Assembly (NCBI GenBank): GCA_965227835.1
Contig: OZ245768.1
Location: 750,001 to 782,000, forward strand
Reading direction: 5' to 3'
Origin: Candidatus Saccharimonadota bacterium
GTDB taxonomy: Bacteria; Patescibacteriota; Gracilibacteria; BD1-5; UBA6164
Length of the DNA: 32,000 bases
Shown: piece by piece, positions 1-10,510 of the stretch
Layout: each line of letters begins with the position of its first letter
Numbering within the stretch: position 1 is the stretch's first letter
Notes under the pieces: generated by a model
Told to the model about the DNA's origin: nothing
Databases searched by the model: none
The model's input: only the letters and a program-made list of their open reading frames with translations
Position numbers and translations under genes: made by a program

Positions 1-1
1 T

Positions 2-1516
2 AAGAAGTTTAACAATTTAAAAACTATTATTTTATCAGGACAAGATTTGGATTCTATAATGAGTGATATTTATTTCAAAGAACTTTTGGCTGTTGCTTGA
101 AAAGAACTTATAGAAAAAAACAGAAGGCTAGTTTTTGATTTATATATAGAAAAAAAGAAGCTAGAGCAAGAAACTAGTTCTTTAAAAAAACTAAAAAGGA
201 ATTTTAATGTTAAGAAAAAGATATTGAATGATAAGAAATTGTTTAAAGAAAAAATACTTAAAGTTTCTAAATGACAAGATAGTCTTTATAAGAAATATAT
301 AAAACAAAAGCTAGATACAGAAAAAAACTTGAAGCTTAAAGCTTTTTCTGAGAGAGTAAAATTTTATGCTACATCAAAAAAAGTTCTTAGTAATTCATGA
401 TGTGAGTTTTTGGATGTTTCTAAAAATACACCTGAAGTAAGGACTTTATCTTCTAAGTGTTATGAGTTGAATAAAATTATATTTTTAGAAGCAGAACTTG
501 AAAAAAATAAAAATAAATGAGAAGAAAAAGATAGGTATAATTTTTTTTCATGGCCTGTACCTCCCTACTCGGGTATATCTGCTTATTTTAGGGATAATGA
601 ATATAAAAAGAGATTTGGAACAGATCATGATGCTGTTGATATTATAGCCAGTCAAGGTACTCCAATAGTTGCACCTGCTGATGGTTATGTTATATCATTG
701 AGTGAGCCTTTAGATGATTCTTATGCTTATATAGCTTTGAAACATATAGACTGAAAAGTTAGTGTTTACTGACATGTTAGTGAGATATTAGTTGAGAAAT
801 ATGATTATATAAAATCTTGAGAGATATTTGCTAAAACTTGATGAACTTTTTGAACTTCTTGAGCTTGATATATAACTACAGGTCCTCATCTTCATTTTGA
901 AATTTTGGAAGATAAAGTTGCTGTTGATCCACTTAAAAGTTTGGATTTAAGTTATCTTGATTTTAAGAATTTGCCAGAATATTATAGACTTGATTTTCTT
1001 ATGGATTACAGAGAAAGGACTTGAAAAGATTATAGAGTGAAAGATGAACCTTGAAAAAGAGTTTTTAGGCTTGATTGAAATACAGAAATAGAAAGGCAGA
1101 AATCTTTGCTAAATAAATATGCTAGGAGTGATTTTAGGAACTGGGATATGTGGGTTGAGGAGTCTTTGAGGTGGAACATAGATCCTAGTTTTATGATGTG
1201 TGTATGACTTGCCGAAAGTAGTCTTGGTGTTAATTTAAAAACTCCTTATAATGTTTGAAATGTTTGAAATGTTGATTCTTGAGGTACTTGGACTATGACT
1301 TCTCCTAGGCATTGAATTTGGTGGATGGGCCATACTTTGAATAATAAATATTTAGGTAGTTACAATGAAATATCAAAGCTTAGTTGATATGGTAGAAAAG
1401 GTAATGATCCTATTTATGCTTCAGATCCTGTAAATTGGCATAGAAATGTTATAAAATGTATGTCTACTATCAAGGGACAATATATATGAGATGATCACAA
1501 TTTTAGAACTTATTAG
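2..1516 (+). CDS. Secreted peptidoglycan hydrolase: coiled-coil N-region, M23 (LytM) metallopeptidase domain, C-terminal glucosaminidase/lysozyme-like domain; 5' end lies outside the window
   Basis: The frame is open across the whole span only if TGA is sense. M23 motifs are present: DHDAVDI, GTPIVAPADGYV, Y-G(TGA)-HVS, and TG..TTGPHLHFE. TGA falls at conserved Gly positions (e.g. 752-754, 770-772). The C-terminal part reads ...GLAESSLGVN.... Stop is TAG at 1514-1516. Confidence 0.85.
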
Positions 1517-1534
1517 TTTTTATGAAATTAGAAA

Positions 1535-1557
1535 AGAGGCAACCTACGGCTGCCTCT
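1535..1557. terminator. Bidirectional GC hairpin terminator (copy 1 of a conserved hairpin)
   Basis: AGAGGCAACC-TAC-GGCTGCCTCT, flanked by an A-run and a T-run. It lies between the convergent M23 gene and membrane-protein paralog 1. Confidence 0.6.
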
Positions 1558-1563
1558 TTGAAA

Positions 1564-2237
1564 TCACTCCTTATTTGATTGTCCTTCATACAAGTTAAGT
1601 CCTATCATTGCTACCAAAGCAAGAAAAAGTTGAGGCAAAATAACATATGGAATACCATATGGAACTAAAAATATAATATGTATGGGAATTACATATAATA
1701 GTATCAGTTCAGGCTTACTATCAACAAATACTTGCTTAAATCCATCAAGTTTATATGTAAATAACGTTGTTACTATTAAGGAAATTAAAGCAATTAAAAA
1801 GATATAATATAGAAAATCAGTTAAACCAAAGATAATACCAAAGAAAAAACCAAAAAATAAAGATGAAAAGATATTAAAAAAAGAGAGATAAATATAATTC
1901 CAACTGTTTGAAAAATTCTGTGACTACCACTTTCATAAAAATCCCCTTTTTCGCTCTTTTTTCGATATTTTCCTAGGTATTCTATATATTTGTATCTATA
2001 CAATATAATTGCCTCAAATAATGTTGATATTGCAATCATAATATTAATAGTAAACAACATATCCTTGCTTCCTTGAAAGTATTCTTCAATTTCTTGTGAA
2101 TATACTATCCAAGCTGACATAATTATCAGTAACGACGGTGCTAGTTTTTGATAAAAACGATAATTAAAAAATACATTTTTACCAAAGAAATGACACAACT
2201 TTAAGGGCATGTCATATAAGCTTTGTTTAATATTCAT
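1564..2237 (-). pseudogene. Polytopic membrane protein, paralog 1 of the 3471-4160 gene, split by a frameshift near 1821-1830
   Basis: The 138-aa ORF 1821-2237 (MNIKQSLYDM...) aligns to the N-half of the 229-aa paralog. The C-half (…ELILLYVIPIH…NLYEGQSNKE) continues in another frame over 1564-1827 and ends at TGA 1564-1566. AAGGAGG lies 7 nt upstream of the ATG, and TTGACT-16-TATAAT lies further upstream. Confidence 0.6.
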
Positions 2238-2416
2238 TTTTTCCTCCTTTTAAAACAATTGAAAAGAATAAAAACAAAAATATTATAATAAATTTTATTT
2301 AAAAGTCAATAAAAAATGGTAGAGTCTATCACGAAATGTAACCTTTAGAAGATATGATATACTCTAAAAGATATAATTAAATTTTTGTGATATGAAATAC
2401 TGAATTTTATTAAAAA

Positions 2417-2439
2417 ACAGGCAGCCTACGGCTGCCTGT
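2417..2439. terminator. Conserved GC hairpin terminator (copy 2)
   Basis: ACAGGCAGCC-TAC-GGCTGCCTGT, flanked by A and T runs, directly after the TGA at 2446-2448 of the decayed paralog. Confidence 0.6.
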
Positions 2440-2445
2440 TTGAAA

Positions 2446-3068
2446 TCACTCCTTATTTTGTCCTTCATACAAGTTAAATCCTATCATTACTACCAAAGCA
2501 AGAAAAAGTTGAGGAAGAAAAGCATAGAAAGTACCATATGGAGCTAAGGGTATAAATGGAAATAAGGATATAATATGTATACATATAATAGTATCAGTTC
2601 AACCTTGTTATAAATCAATTTACTCTTATACACCATGTTTGATGTACATAATTTAGTAATCATTTACGAAACTTAATATAAATCCATCTAAATATGAGTC
2701 AAAAATATGATAATGTGATATTATAAGGAATAACATAGAAAGAGTTAATATGATTGAAACAAGGAAATTATGAAAAATGGAAATAATAATAATAATAAGT
2801 GATTATAAAATACCAAGTGGAATAACACCAATTAAGAATCCAAAACCACCAAAATAAGAGAAATAAATATGAAATGTTTCAAATTTATAAGCTCCACTAT
2901 CATAATAAATAGTTTACCAGGTATTCTATATAGTTGTATCTATACAGTATACCTGCCTGAACTAATGTTAGTATTGCAATAATGGTAATGTTAAAGAATT
3001 TAAATCTCCAACCTGAAAGTGAATATACTATCCAAGCTGTCATAATTATCAGTACCGGTGCAGTTTTT
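2446..3068 (-). pseudogene. Decayed, 5'-truncated paralog 2 of the membrane-protein gene
   Basis: Nucleotide and protein similarity to paralog 1 (…APVLIIMTAWIVYS…ILYRYNYIEYL… and the C-terminal …NLYEGQNKE-TGA). It lacks the MNIKQ start region and carries in-frame TAG/TAA stops and deletions. Confidence 0.55.
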
Positions 3069-3441
3069 TGTATTTTATATTTTATTTTTTACCTTTATAT
3101 AAGTAAAAATCAGTAGATTTTATATTGATTGAATTTTATAAAGATAAAGTTAGCTTAAATAAGTCATTTATAGAAATACCTACAATACATATGTACATGA
3201 TCTTCTTCCATTCATATCTTTATTATTATTAAAGATAAAACATTAAAAATAGCTTAATATGTCCTACTTTATTTCAAAGTAAAATATAGGTCATACAATT
3301 TTTCACTTATAAAAAGTGGGTTTTTATAGTTTTGAGAAAATGGATAGAATCTATAACGAAATGCAACTTTTAGAAGACATGATATACTCTAAAAGATATA
3401 ATTAAATTTTTGTGATATGAAAATATGAATTTTATTAAAAA

Positions 3442-3464
3442 ATAGGCAGCCTACGGCTGCCTAT
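3442..3464. terminator. Conserved GC hairpin terminator (copy 3)
   Basis: ATAGGCAGCC-TAC-GGCTGCCTAT, flanked by A and T runs, immediately after the TGA at 3471-3473. Confidence 0.6.
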
Positions 3465-3470
3465 TTGATG

Positions 3471-4160
3471 TCACTCCTTGTTTATATTTATTTGTTTATT
3501 ATTCCTATATAACTTAATACCTATAACTATTATCAGAAAAGTAAAAGCATATAAAAATATATAAGGAACAAAAGTTTGGATAAAGCCATATGTCGCTATT
3601 AATAAAAGTTTTACAGGAATTATATATAGTAGCAATAATTCCATTTTGTTATTTAAATCAATCCCAAGATCAAAAATCGGATCTTTCATTGTAATTAAAA
3701 TTAACTTCACAATTACCAAAGATAATGTAATACCAATTATCAGTGCTCCAATATAAGAACCACGGGTAAGAAAAAAAGCCATAAAACCTAAAACGACACC
3801 CCAAGAAACAGAACAAAGTATGATTGAACTTATACCTAGAAGTTTTAAGTATTTATTTTCAAAGGATTCTTCACCTTCTTTTATATAGTCTCCTAGATAC
3901 TTTATATAATTAAATCGGTACAATATCGCTATTTCAATCAATGTAAGTGTAATAATAATTGTATTAATTACTAAACTAACAATTTCATTTTGAAAACCTT
4001 GCCCAATTTCCTGCATAATCAACACATAAACTAACATAATCAATTGTAAGGATGGCACCAACTTTCCATAAAAATTATAGCTAAAAACTATATTTTTACT
4101 AGAAGAATGACATAACTCTGGAGTTATATCATAATCATATAAGTTTTGTTTAATATTCAT
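3471..4160 (-). CDS. Polytopic membrane protein, 229 aa, unknown function. It is intact in the standard code, contains no in-frame TGA, and terminates at TGA; under table 25 it would extend to TAA at 3435.
   Basis: The ORF is in the supplied track and has about 6 hydrophobic segments. AAGGAGGT lies 7 nt upstream of the ATG, with a TATAAT-containing promoter region at 4161-4233. All 14 Gly codons are GGN. Confidence 0.75.
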   Translation of the reverse strand: MNIKQNLYDYDITPELCHSSSKNIVFSYNFYGKLVPSLQLIMLVYVLIMQEIGQGFQNEIVSLVINTIIITLTLIEIAILYRFNYIKYLGDYIKEGEESFENKYLKLLGISSIILCSVSWGVVLGFMAFFLTRGSYIGALIIGITLSLVIVKLILITMKDPIFDLGIDLNNKMELLLLYIIPVKLLLIATYGFIQTFVPYIFLYAFTFLIIVIGIKLYRNNKQININKE

Positions 4161-4233
4161 TTTTACCTCCTTTTAAAATAATTGAAAAGAATAAAAACAT
4201 ATTTATTATAATAAGTTTTACTCGTAACGCAAC

Positions 4234-4264
4234 AAAAATAGTTGAAGAAAATTCAACTATTTTT
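4234..4264 (-). terminator. Intrinsic terminator downstream of the 4296-5669 gene
   Basis: AAAAATAGTTGAA-GAAAA-TTCAACTATTTTT: a perfect 13-bp stem with a T-run on the minus strand. Confidence 0.55.
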
Positions 4265-4295
4265 ATTTTATTAAAATATATAAAGTTATTAATAG

Positions 4296-5669
4296 TTAAG
4301 ATACATCTCTAAGTGATGCACTAGCAAATTCTCTTTGAAGTTTTTTTTCGTATCAATCTCAAATTATAAAATCCATTGTTTCTTTTAAACTAAAACCTCA
4401 TATATCTCTATTTGTAAATTCTAATCATTTTAAAAGCATAGAATTATATACTTCCATAACCTTTTTCTCAAAAATCAATTTAAAGTCCTTAAAATCTAAT
4501 CAGATTATTTCAGAAAATTCACCACAAAGACCATATATTTCTATAAACCTAGATAAAAATCATTCACCATGTATAGATCAAATATCATCTAGTAATATTT
4601 CTCATATATCAAGGCTTACTCAGTTTATGGTAGTATCTACAAGCAAACAATCAGAACCAAATCTATATGATAAACCTAAACCATGCAATAATCCATGATA
4701 ATACATTATATTATGTATAAAATTACTTACTATTTCTTCTTTATTATCATTTTTAAAAATTAAATTCAAATCTAGTCATCATTTAAACTTTAAAATATCA
4801 GCTACTCTAGTTGATACTCAGAAGTTTGCATATATCATATTACCATGAGGTCATTTTTTTAAAATCTCCTCTATCAATTTATCAAAAGATCAAAAACCCT
4901 TAACTTCATCCATACTAAAAAAAGATTTTGAAAATTGAACAATATTTGTTAGAGAATTATCATCCTCTTTAATAATAGATTTTATAGTTTCTATGTAATT
5001 AGATCAATCAATTCATTTTTTAAGTTCCGTAACTGATATTGGCATAATTGTAGGAGCAAATTCTCAATTTATTTGCAAATTTACTTCTTGAATATAAGCT
5101 CATATTTTAGCCTCCATTAATAGTCTTTGTGAAGTTTCAGATCATATAAAAGGAGGGGCATAAGAACCTTCTTTAAGTTTCCTAAATTTATTACCACGGT
5201 ATAAATCTGCTCATTTTAAATTTATGCTTATACCTTTTTTAAAATAATTGGTACTTCTTCATCAATGAAATTCTCTTCTCCATCAATTTTTAAGAGTATT
5301 TTTGGAACTTAAAATGTTACTAACTTTTGAAGGAGTCCATAAAGTTAATCATTTGAAGAAATTTATATCTCGAGAATTAGATTTTAACAATGCCAACTCA
5401 CCTGTTGTTTTTACTCATAATGCCTTACTTAAATGTTTATAGTATTTTTCCATAAATAATTCTTTTTCTCTTTTTTTTCCTAATATTGGAGATAGTAATT
5501 CTAATAATTCTATATCTACTTCTACATCTGAATCTGCATTTATGCCTCAATATTCTTCTGATTTTTCATCTAATCATATTTCTAAATATCATTCGTCTGC
5601 AAAAAATAAACTAGGATTCTCAGTAAATCTAACATTTTTATTCTCTAAAGCTTTTTTTAATATTTCCAT
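4296..5669 (-). CDS. Hypothetical cytoplasmic protein, 457 aa, no family recognised
   Basis: A continuous minus-strand frame under table 25 with many TGA-Gly codons (plus-strand TCA is abundant). ATG at 5669, TAA at 4296-4298. Sequence runs MEILKKALENKNVRF…HGNMIYANFG…YYHGLLHGLG…. Confidence 0.7.
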
Positions 5670-5802
5670 ATATTTTTTATTAATTTTTAAAGTTTTTACA
5701 TTTTAATTATTATAATTTATTTGTCAAGAAAAAAATTACATTAATTTAATTAAAGTATGGTAAAATAAAAATAGTAAAATTTTATTTTCTTATTTTGAAT
5801 AT

Positions 5803-6732
5803 ATGAAAAGAGTATATTACCTAATTTTTATAATTTTTGTTAGTTTTCAAAGTAGTACTTATGCTATGATAGAGTGAAATGAAGTTGATAAAGCATCAAA
5901 AAATGCTAATTTCATACTCAATTTCTTTAGTGCAGAAATGTTTATAAACTTTGCATTTGCTATTATAGTTATAATTTCAACCATAGCTGCTACGAAAATA
6001 GCAGACTCTAAAATTAGAAGATTTCTAGAAACATCATGAGATTGAGAAAACAGAGAAGAACTTGCTTGAGTACTTACAAGAACATCAAACATAGCTATAA
6101 TTTCTATTTGATTCTCAATAACTCTAGGTATTCTTTGAGTAGATATGTGAATATTTTTATGAGGTCTTGGTATTTGAATTTGATTTACCATGAAAATATT
6201 TCTTTCAAATTTCATAGCTTGAATAATTATGGTTACAAATTGAACTTATCATAATTGAGATATAATTGAAATAGAAGATAGATCATGAACAATAAAAAAA
6301 ATAAATTCCTTGTTTACAGAAGTAGAACAGTTTGATTGAATAATATTTTTTGTACCCAATTTAAAATTTTTAGAAAATAATGTTCAAAATTTTCACTCCA
6401 ATGATAAAAGAAGAGTAGACATAGATATTTGAGTTGATTATGATACTGATCTTTTAAAAGCTAAAAAAATATTACTTCAAATACTCCAAAACTTCCCAAA
6501 TATTTTAAAAGCTCCTGCTCCAAGTATTTTTATAACTAGTTTTGATAGCAGTTCTATAAATATTAGTCTAAGATTTTGGGTAGACAGTAAAAATTGAGAC
6601 TTCTTTGGGACTAAATCAAATGTAACTGAAACTATAAATATGGCTTTTAAACAAGCATGAATAGTCATACCTTTCCCTCAAATAACACTTAGTAACAGAT
6701 CAGATTTTAAAATAGGTATGCAGAATATATAA
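5803..6732 (+). CDS. mscS: Small-conductance mechanosensitive channel (MscS family)
   Basis: 309 aa under table 25. TM helices are followed by the conserved beta-domain …NGDIIEIEDRSGTIKKINSLFTEVEQFDGIIFFVPNLKF…NFHSND. Stop is TAA at 6730-6732. Confidence 0.85.
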
Positions 6733-6798
6733 GTTTTATAGGCTTATAAAGACTTCCAAGCTTATTTCTCTTTTTTTAGGAATAAGCTTTTTTGTTAT

Positions 6799-8004
6799 GG
6801 GACCTCTGCAATATTGTTGAAAAGAACAAGAAAAAAGTGATTTTGAATAAAAATCACTTTTTTTGAAGAATATATAAGATAATTTCTATGAATTATGCCT
6901 TTTTTTAGGTATAATTTCCAAATTTAGGCACAATTCACCTATTAGAAAGCTATATATACCTCCTTGCCAATAGTTCAAAATTATAAATAGCACAAGATAA
7001 AAACCAGTGCATAGCATTCTTAACTAATCATCTATATCTTGTTTTATAATTTCAATATTTAGCCTTTAAAATAGAAAAAGGATGTTCTACTCTTGCCCTA
7101 ATAGTAGATTTAATTCTATTTTGTTCTTTTTGATAAGAAGTCAACGGATTATTTCTAGATCATCTTTCATTGAACTCTCACTTAATTCATAACTCATCTA
7201 AAAATTTTATTTTATCTTTACTTATATAGGCACTATCTCAATATGCCTCTTCACTCTCATCTCAAGTCATTAAAGTATCAGATAATTGTGAATCATGTAT
7301 CTTAGCTGTCGTATATGTTGTATTCATTACAAAGTCTCCTCTCTTTGTTGTTTCAATATGAGCTTTATATCAATGATAACTTCTTCAATTCTTCTTTGTA
7401 AAACTAGCTTCCTTATCTCTTGTATTTTCTCATTTATTATTCTTTCTTCATTTTGGTGATTCTATTATAGTACCATCTTGAATAAATCACTTTTCTACTG
7501 TAAATCACATTTCAGCTAAAATAAATTGAGTCATTGTAAATATAGTTTCCTGACTTCAGTTTTCTGATAATTCATTTCTAAATCTACATATTGTTGTTTC
7601 ATCTGGTATATCTTTAGACTCCGATATTCATAGAAACTTTTGAAAGCTATTTCTGTCTCTTATTTGATCTTCTATTTCCGGATCTGATAATCCATATAAT
7701 CATTGAAGAAATAGTATTTTTAACATTTTTTGTATTTCCATTCTTGGTCTTCAAACTCATCAATCTGATATTTCTCTAGATAAATTAATTTTATTTGATA
7801 TTGATTCCCATGGGACTACTTTATCTAATTTTGTTAGAAACTTTTCTGTTCTTGTAATTCATAACTCATTTTGGAAATAATTCAAAAATGTTTGTTGTTC
7901 TTTAAATGGTGACATAATCATTAAAAAAAAATTAAAATATTTATCATATTTTAATCTTTTTATTATATTTTTGTAATTTAAATCTATCTTTTTGCAGAGG
8001 TCCC
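6799..8004 (-). mobile_element. IS5-family insertion sequence (about 1.2 kb)
   Basis: 13-bp perfect terminal inverted repeats GGGACCTCTGCAA (6799-6811) and TTGCAGAGGTCCC (7992-8004). Flanking 4-bp direct repeat TTAT (6795-6798 and 8005-8008). A single DDE transposase ORF lies inside. Confidence 0.8.
6950..7915 (-). CDS. IS5-family DDE transposase (321 aa)
   Basis: The table-25 translation shows an N-terminal InsH-like region (…GRPRMEIQKMLKILFLQGLYGLSDPEIEDQIRDRNSFQKFLG…) and a DDE_Tnp_1 C-terminus (…YGDSAYISKD…RARVEHPFSILKAKYG…RYRGL.KN). It contains many TGA-Gly codons. Confidence 0.85.
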
Positions 8005-8085
8005 TTATGTTATTAGAATAAAACAAACAAATCAAAGAAAACTATAAAAAATAGGTTAATACCAAAAATGTGTTCTATTTTTTTA

Positions 8086-8110
8086 GGCAGAAGTCTTTAG
8101 CCTTTTGCTC
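8086..8110. repeat. REP-like hairpin repeat (GGCTTTAGCC family), copy 1
   Basis: GGCAGAAGTCTTTAGCCTTTTGCTC. It belongs to the same family as the copies at 22.47, 22.53, 22.57, 24.42, 24.53 and 26.91 kb. Confidence 0.6.
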
Positions 8111-8419
8111 TTGATAGGAATTTCTATTTTTGAAGAAAAACATACCAGATTTATAGCGAAATTTAGCTCTTTACTTTTATGTAAAATTTCTATATTCAAA
8201 AAAATCTCTGGATTTGCAACGAAAATACTTTTATTTTTGATTAATTTTTAAAATACTCTAAATGAATAATTACATAAATAAAAAATAAAATTATTGATTC
8301 ATCCTGTTTTTATTTATGTAAAATATTTAATAATTTTTATAGCAAAAAATATTTGACTTTTATAGTAAAAAATATATATTTTTTATAGAGATAATTTATT
8401 TATTTTAAAAGAATATAAT

Positions 8420-9244
8420 ATGAAAACTAATTTTAACAAACTTGTTAATAAAATGTTGAAAAAATGATGAAAAATACTTTTTAAAAAAGATATTTTTGAG
8501 ATTATAGATCCTGAAAAAAAGACTAAATATGAAAGTAGATTGGATAAAATTATTTACAGACTTAAATCTGAAGAGATTATTTTAAGTATAAAATCATGAG
8601 TTTATATAATACCTTTACCTGAAGATAAAAAATTAAACAAAGTTGATTTGCTGGATAAATATTATCTTGAACTATTGAAAAAATACATAAAATACCATGT
8701 TTGAAACTCTTACTATATTTCATGAAAAAAATCTCTTGAAATTCATAATAAAGATTTTAGCATCGCTGAAAAAGTTTTTGTTGTTAATAGAAGTTTAAAT
8801 AAAAAAATCAAATTTTATAATTACGAAATTATTTTTAAAACTATATCTACAAGGAGAGAATCAAATATTTATTTATATAATAAAAAAAACTGAAATAAAT
8901 ATAGCAATTTATACTCTAAGTTTTCTAATTTTGTAGTGAAAAAAAACATTGAAGGGTATGAATTTAAAATATCTTGTTTAGAATTATCACTACTTGAAAC
9001 AGCCTTAGTATCAGATTTAGAAAGTGGTTTTGATATTAATTTAATAAATAAAACATTGAAAAAATATTCAAAAGTATTTGATAAAAGTATTTTTTATGAG
9101 GCAGGAAAATATAAATACATTATGTCTTTCAATAGACTCAAAGAATTATCCAAGAATATAAACAGAGATCTTTATGAAGTTTTTTTAGATATAATAAAGA
9201 AAAATTGATGACTTTTTATTTGAGAAGGACTTAGAGGAATATAA
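8420..9244 (+). CDS. AbiEi-like winged-helix protein (putative type IV antitoxin/transcriptional regulator fold), 274 aa
   Basis: The table-25 frame joins the 8936-9208 ORF to upstream sequence. The N-terminal region (…IIYRLKSEEIILSIKSGVYIIP…) and the central region (…YYISGKKSLEIHN…VFVVN…) resemble AbiEi-family architecture. The functional call is tentative. Confidence 0.45.
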
Positions 9245-9303
9245 AACATTTGGATTTTTGTAACAAATTTAATAAAATGGATTTTATTTATTATTACTAA
9301 AAA

Positions 9304-9771
9304 ATGAAATTAAACTTAGAAAACAAATTTGATATTTTAAATTCAAGCCTAGAATCATCCAAAATTGATTTAAAAACAATTTTATCATTTAGCGATAAAA
9401 CAATATTATATTTTTATCCAAAAGATGACACACCTTGATGTACAATTGAAAATAAAGATTTTTCTTGCCTAAAAGATGAATTTTCTAAAATTGGAATAAA
9501 TGTTATTTGAATATCAAAAGATTCTATTGAATCACATACAAAATTTATAAAAAAATATGACTTAGAAATAGATTTAATTTCTGACCCAGATTTGGTTTTA
9601 CATGAATCTCTTTGAGCATACGGAGAAAAAAATAATTATGGAAAGATAGTAAAGTGAGTAATTAGATCAACATTTTTATTGAATAAAAAATGAGATATTT
9701 TGCAAGAATATAGATGAATAAAAGCAAAATGACATGCAGAGAGATTATTAAAAGAACTACAAAATGTTTAA
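9304..9771 (+). CDS. bcp: Thiol peroxidase / peroxiredoxin Bcp
   Basis: FYPKDDTPGCT active-site motif with the Gly encoded by TGA at 9436-9438, then …ISKDS..SH.KF..K…. 155 aa, TAA stop. Confidence 0.9.
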
Positions 9772-10510
9772 AGTACTTATAACATCAGCTTTACACAGAG
9801 AAGTTAAAATAATAAAAAAAGAAATAAAAAAACTAGCTTTAAAGAATTTTAAAACTAGTTTTTTTGCTATGGGGCTTTGAAATTATTTATCAATATTAAA
9901 TCTAACTAAATACCTAGAAAAAAATGATTTTGATTTAGTCTTAAATATAGGAGTTTGTTGATACAAAAGTGAATATAAAAAATCTATTCAAGTCTGAAGA
10001 ATAAAAAATATTTCTAACGATAAAGAATTAATAGTACCTAATATAATAAAATTTTTAGAGATTGAATCTATAGTTACAAATGAAAGACCAGTATATAGTT
10101 TTGAAAATTTATGAGATGAAAACTTTTTTGATATGGAATCTTATGGTTTTGAACTTGTATGTGATAGTTTTAAAATTCCTAGAATTATACTGAAGATACC
10201 AACTGACAAAATATGAGAAGAAACTATAAATTTTGATTTAGAAAAAGCAGAAAAATACTTAAAAGAAAATATAGATTACAAAAAACTTTTTTATAAAATA
10301 GAAAAGTATTTATGAGATTTAAAAGAGAATGACATTTGAATAGATATAAAAGAAGAGATTTTATCTCATTACAAATTTAGCTTTTCGCAAAAAGTTATAT
10401 TGGAGAAAAAAATTAATAGATTTATTGTACTTGGACTTTGAGATATAAATAAATTTTTTGAGAAAAATAAACACTTAGATAAAAAAGAATTTTTAAAAAA
10501 ATTATGATAA
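9764..10510 (+). CDS. Nucleoside phosphorylase/nucleosidase-superfamily (PNP_UDP_1-like) protein with a roughly 90-aa C-terminal extension
   Basis: The ATG overlaps the bcp stop by 8 nt. Motifs AMGLGN, NIGVCGY and DMESYGF resemble the MTA/SAH-nucleosidase / futalosine-hydrolase fold. 248 aa under table 25. Confidence 0.5.

Noticed and set aside
5859-6254. Supplied ORFs 5859-6215 (minus) and 6036-6254 (plus).
   Set aside because: Both overlap the MscS gene (5803-6732), which reads continuously under table 25. They are antisense or out-of-frame artefacts.
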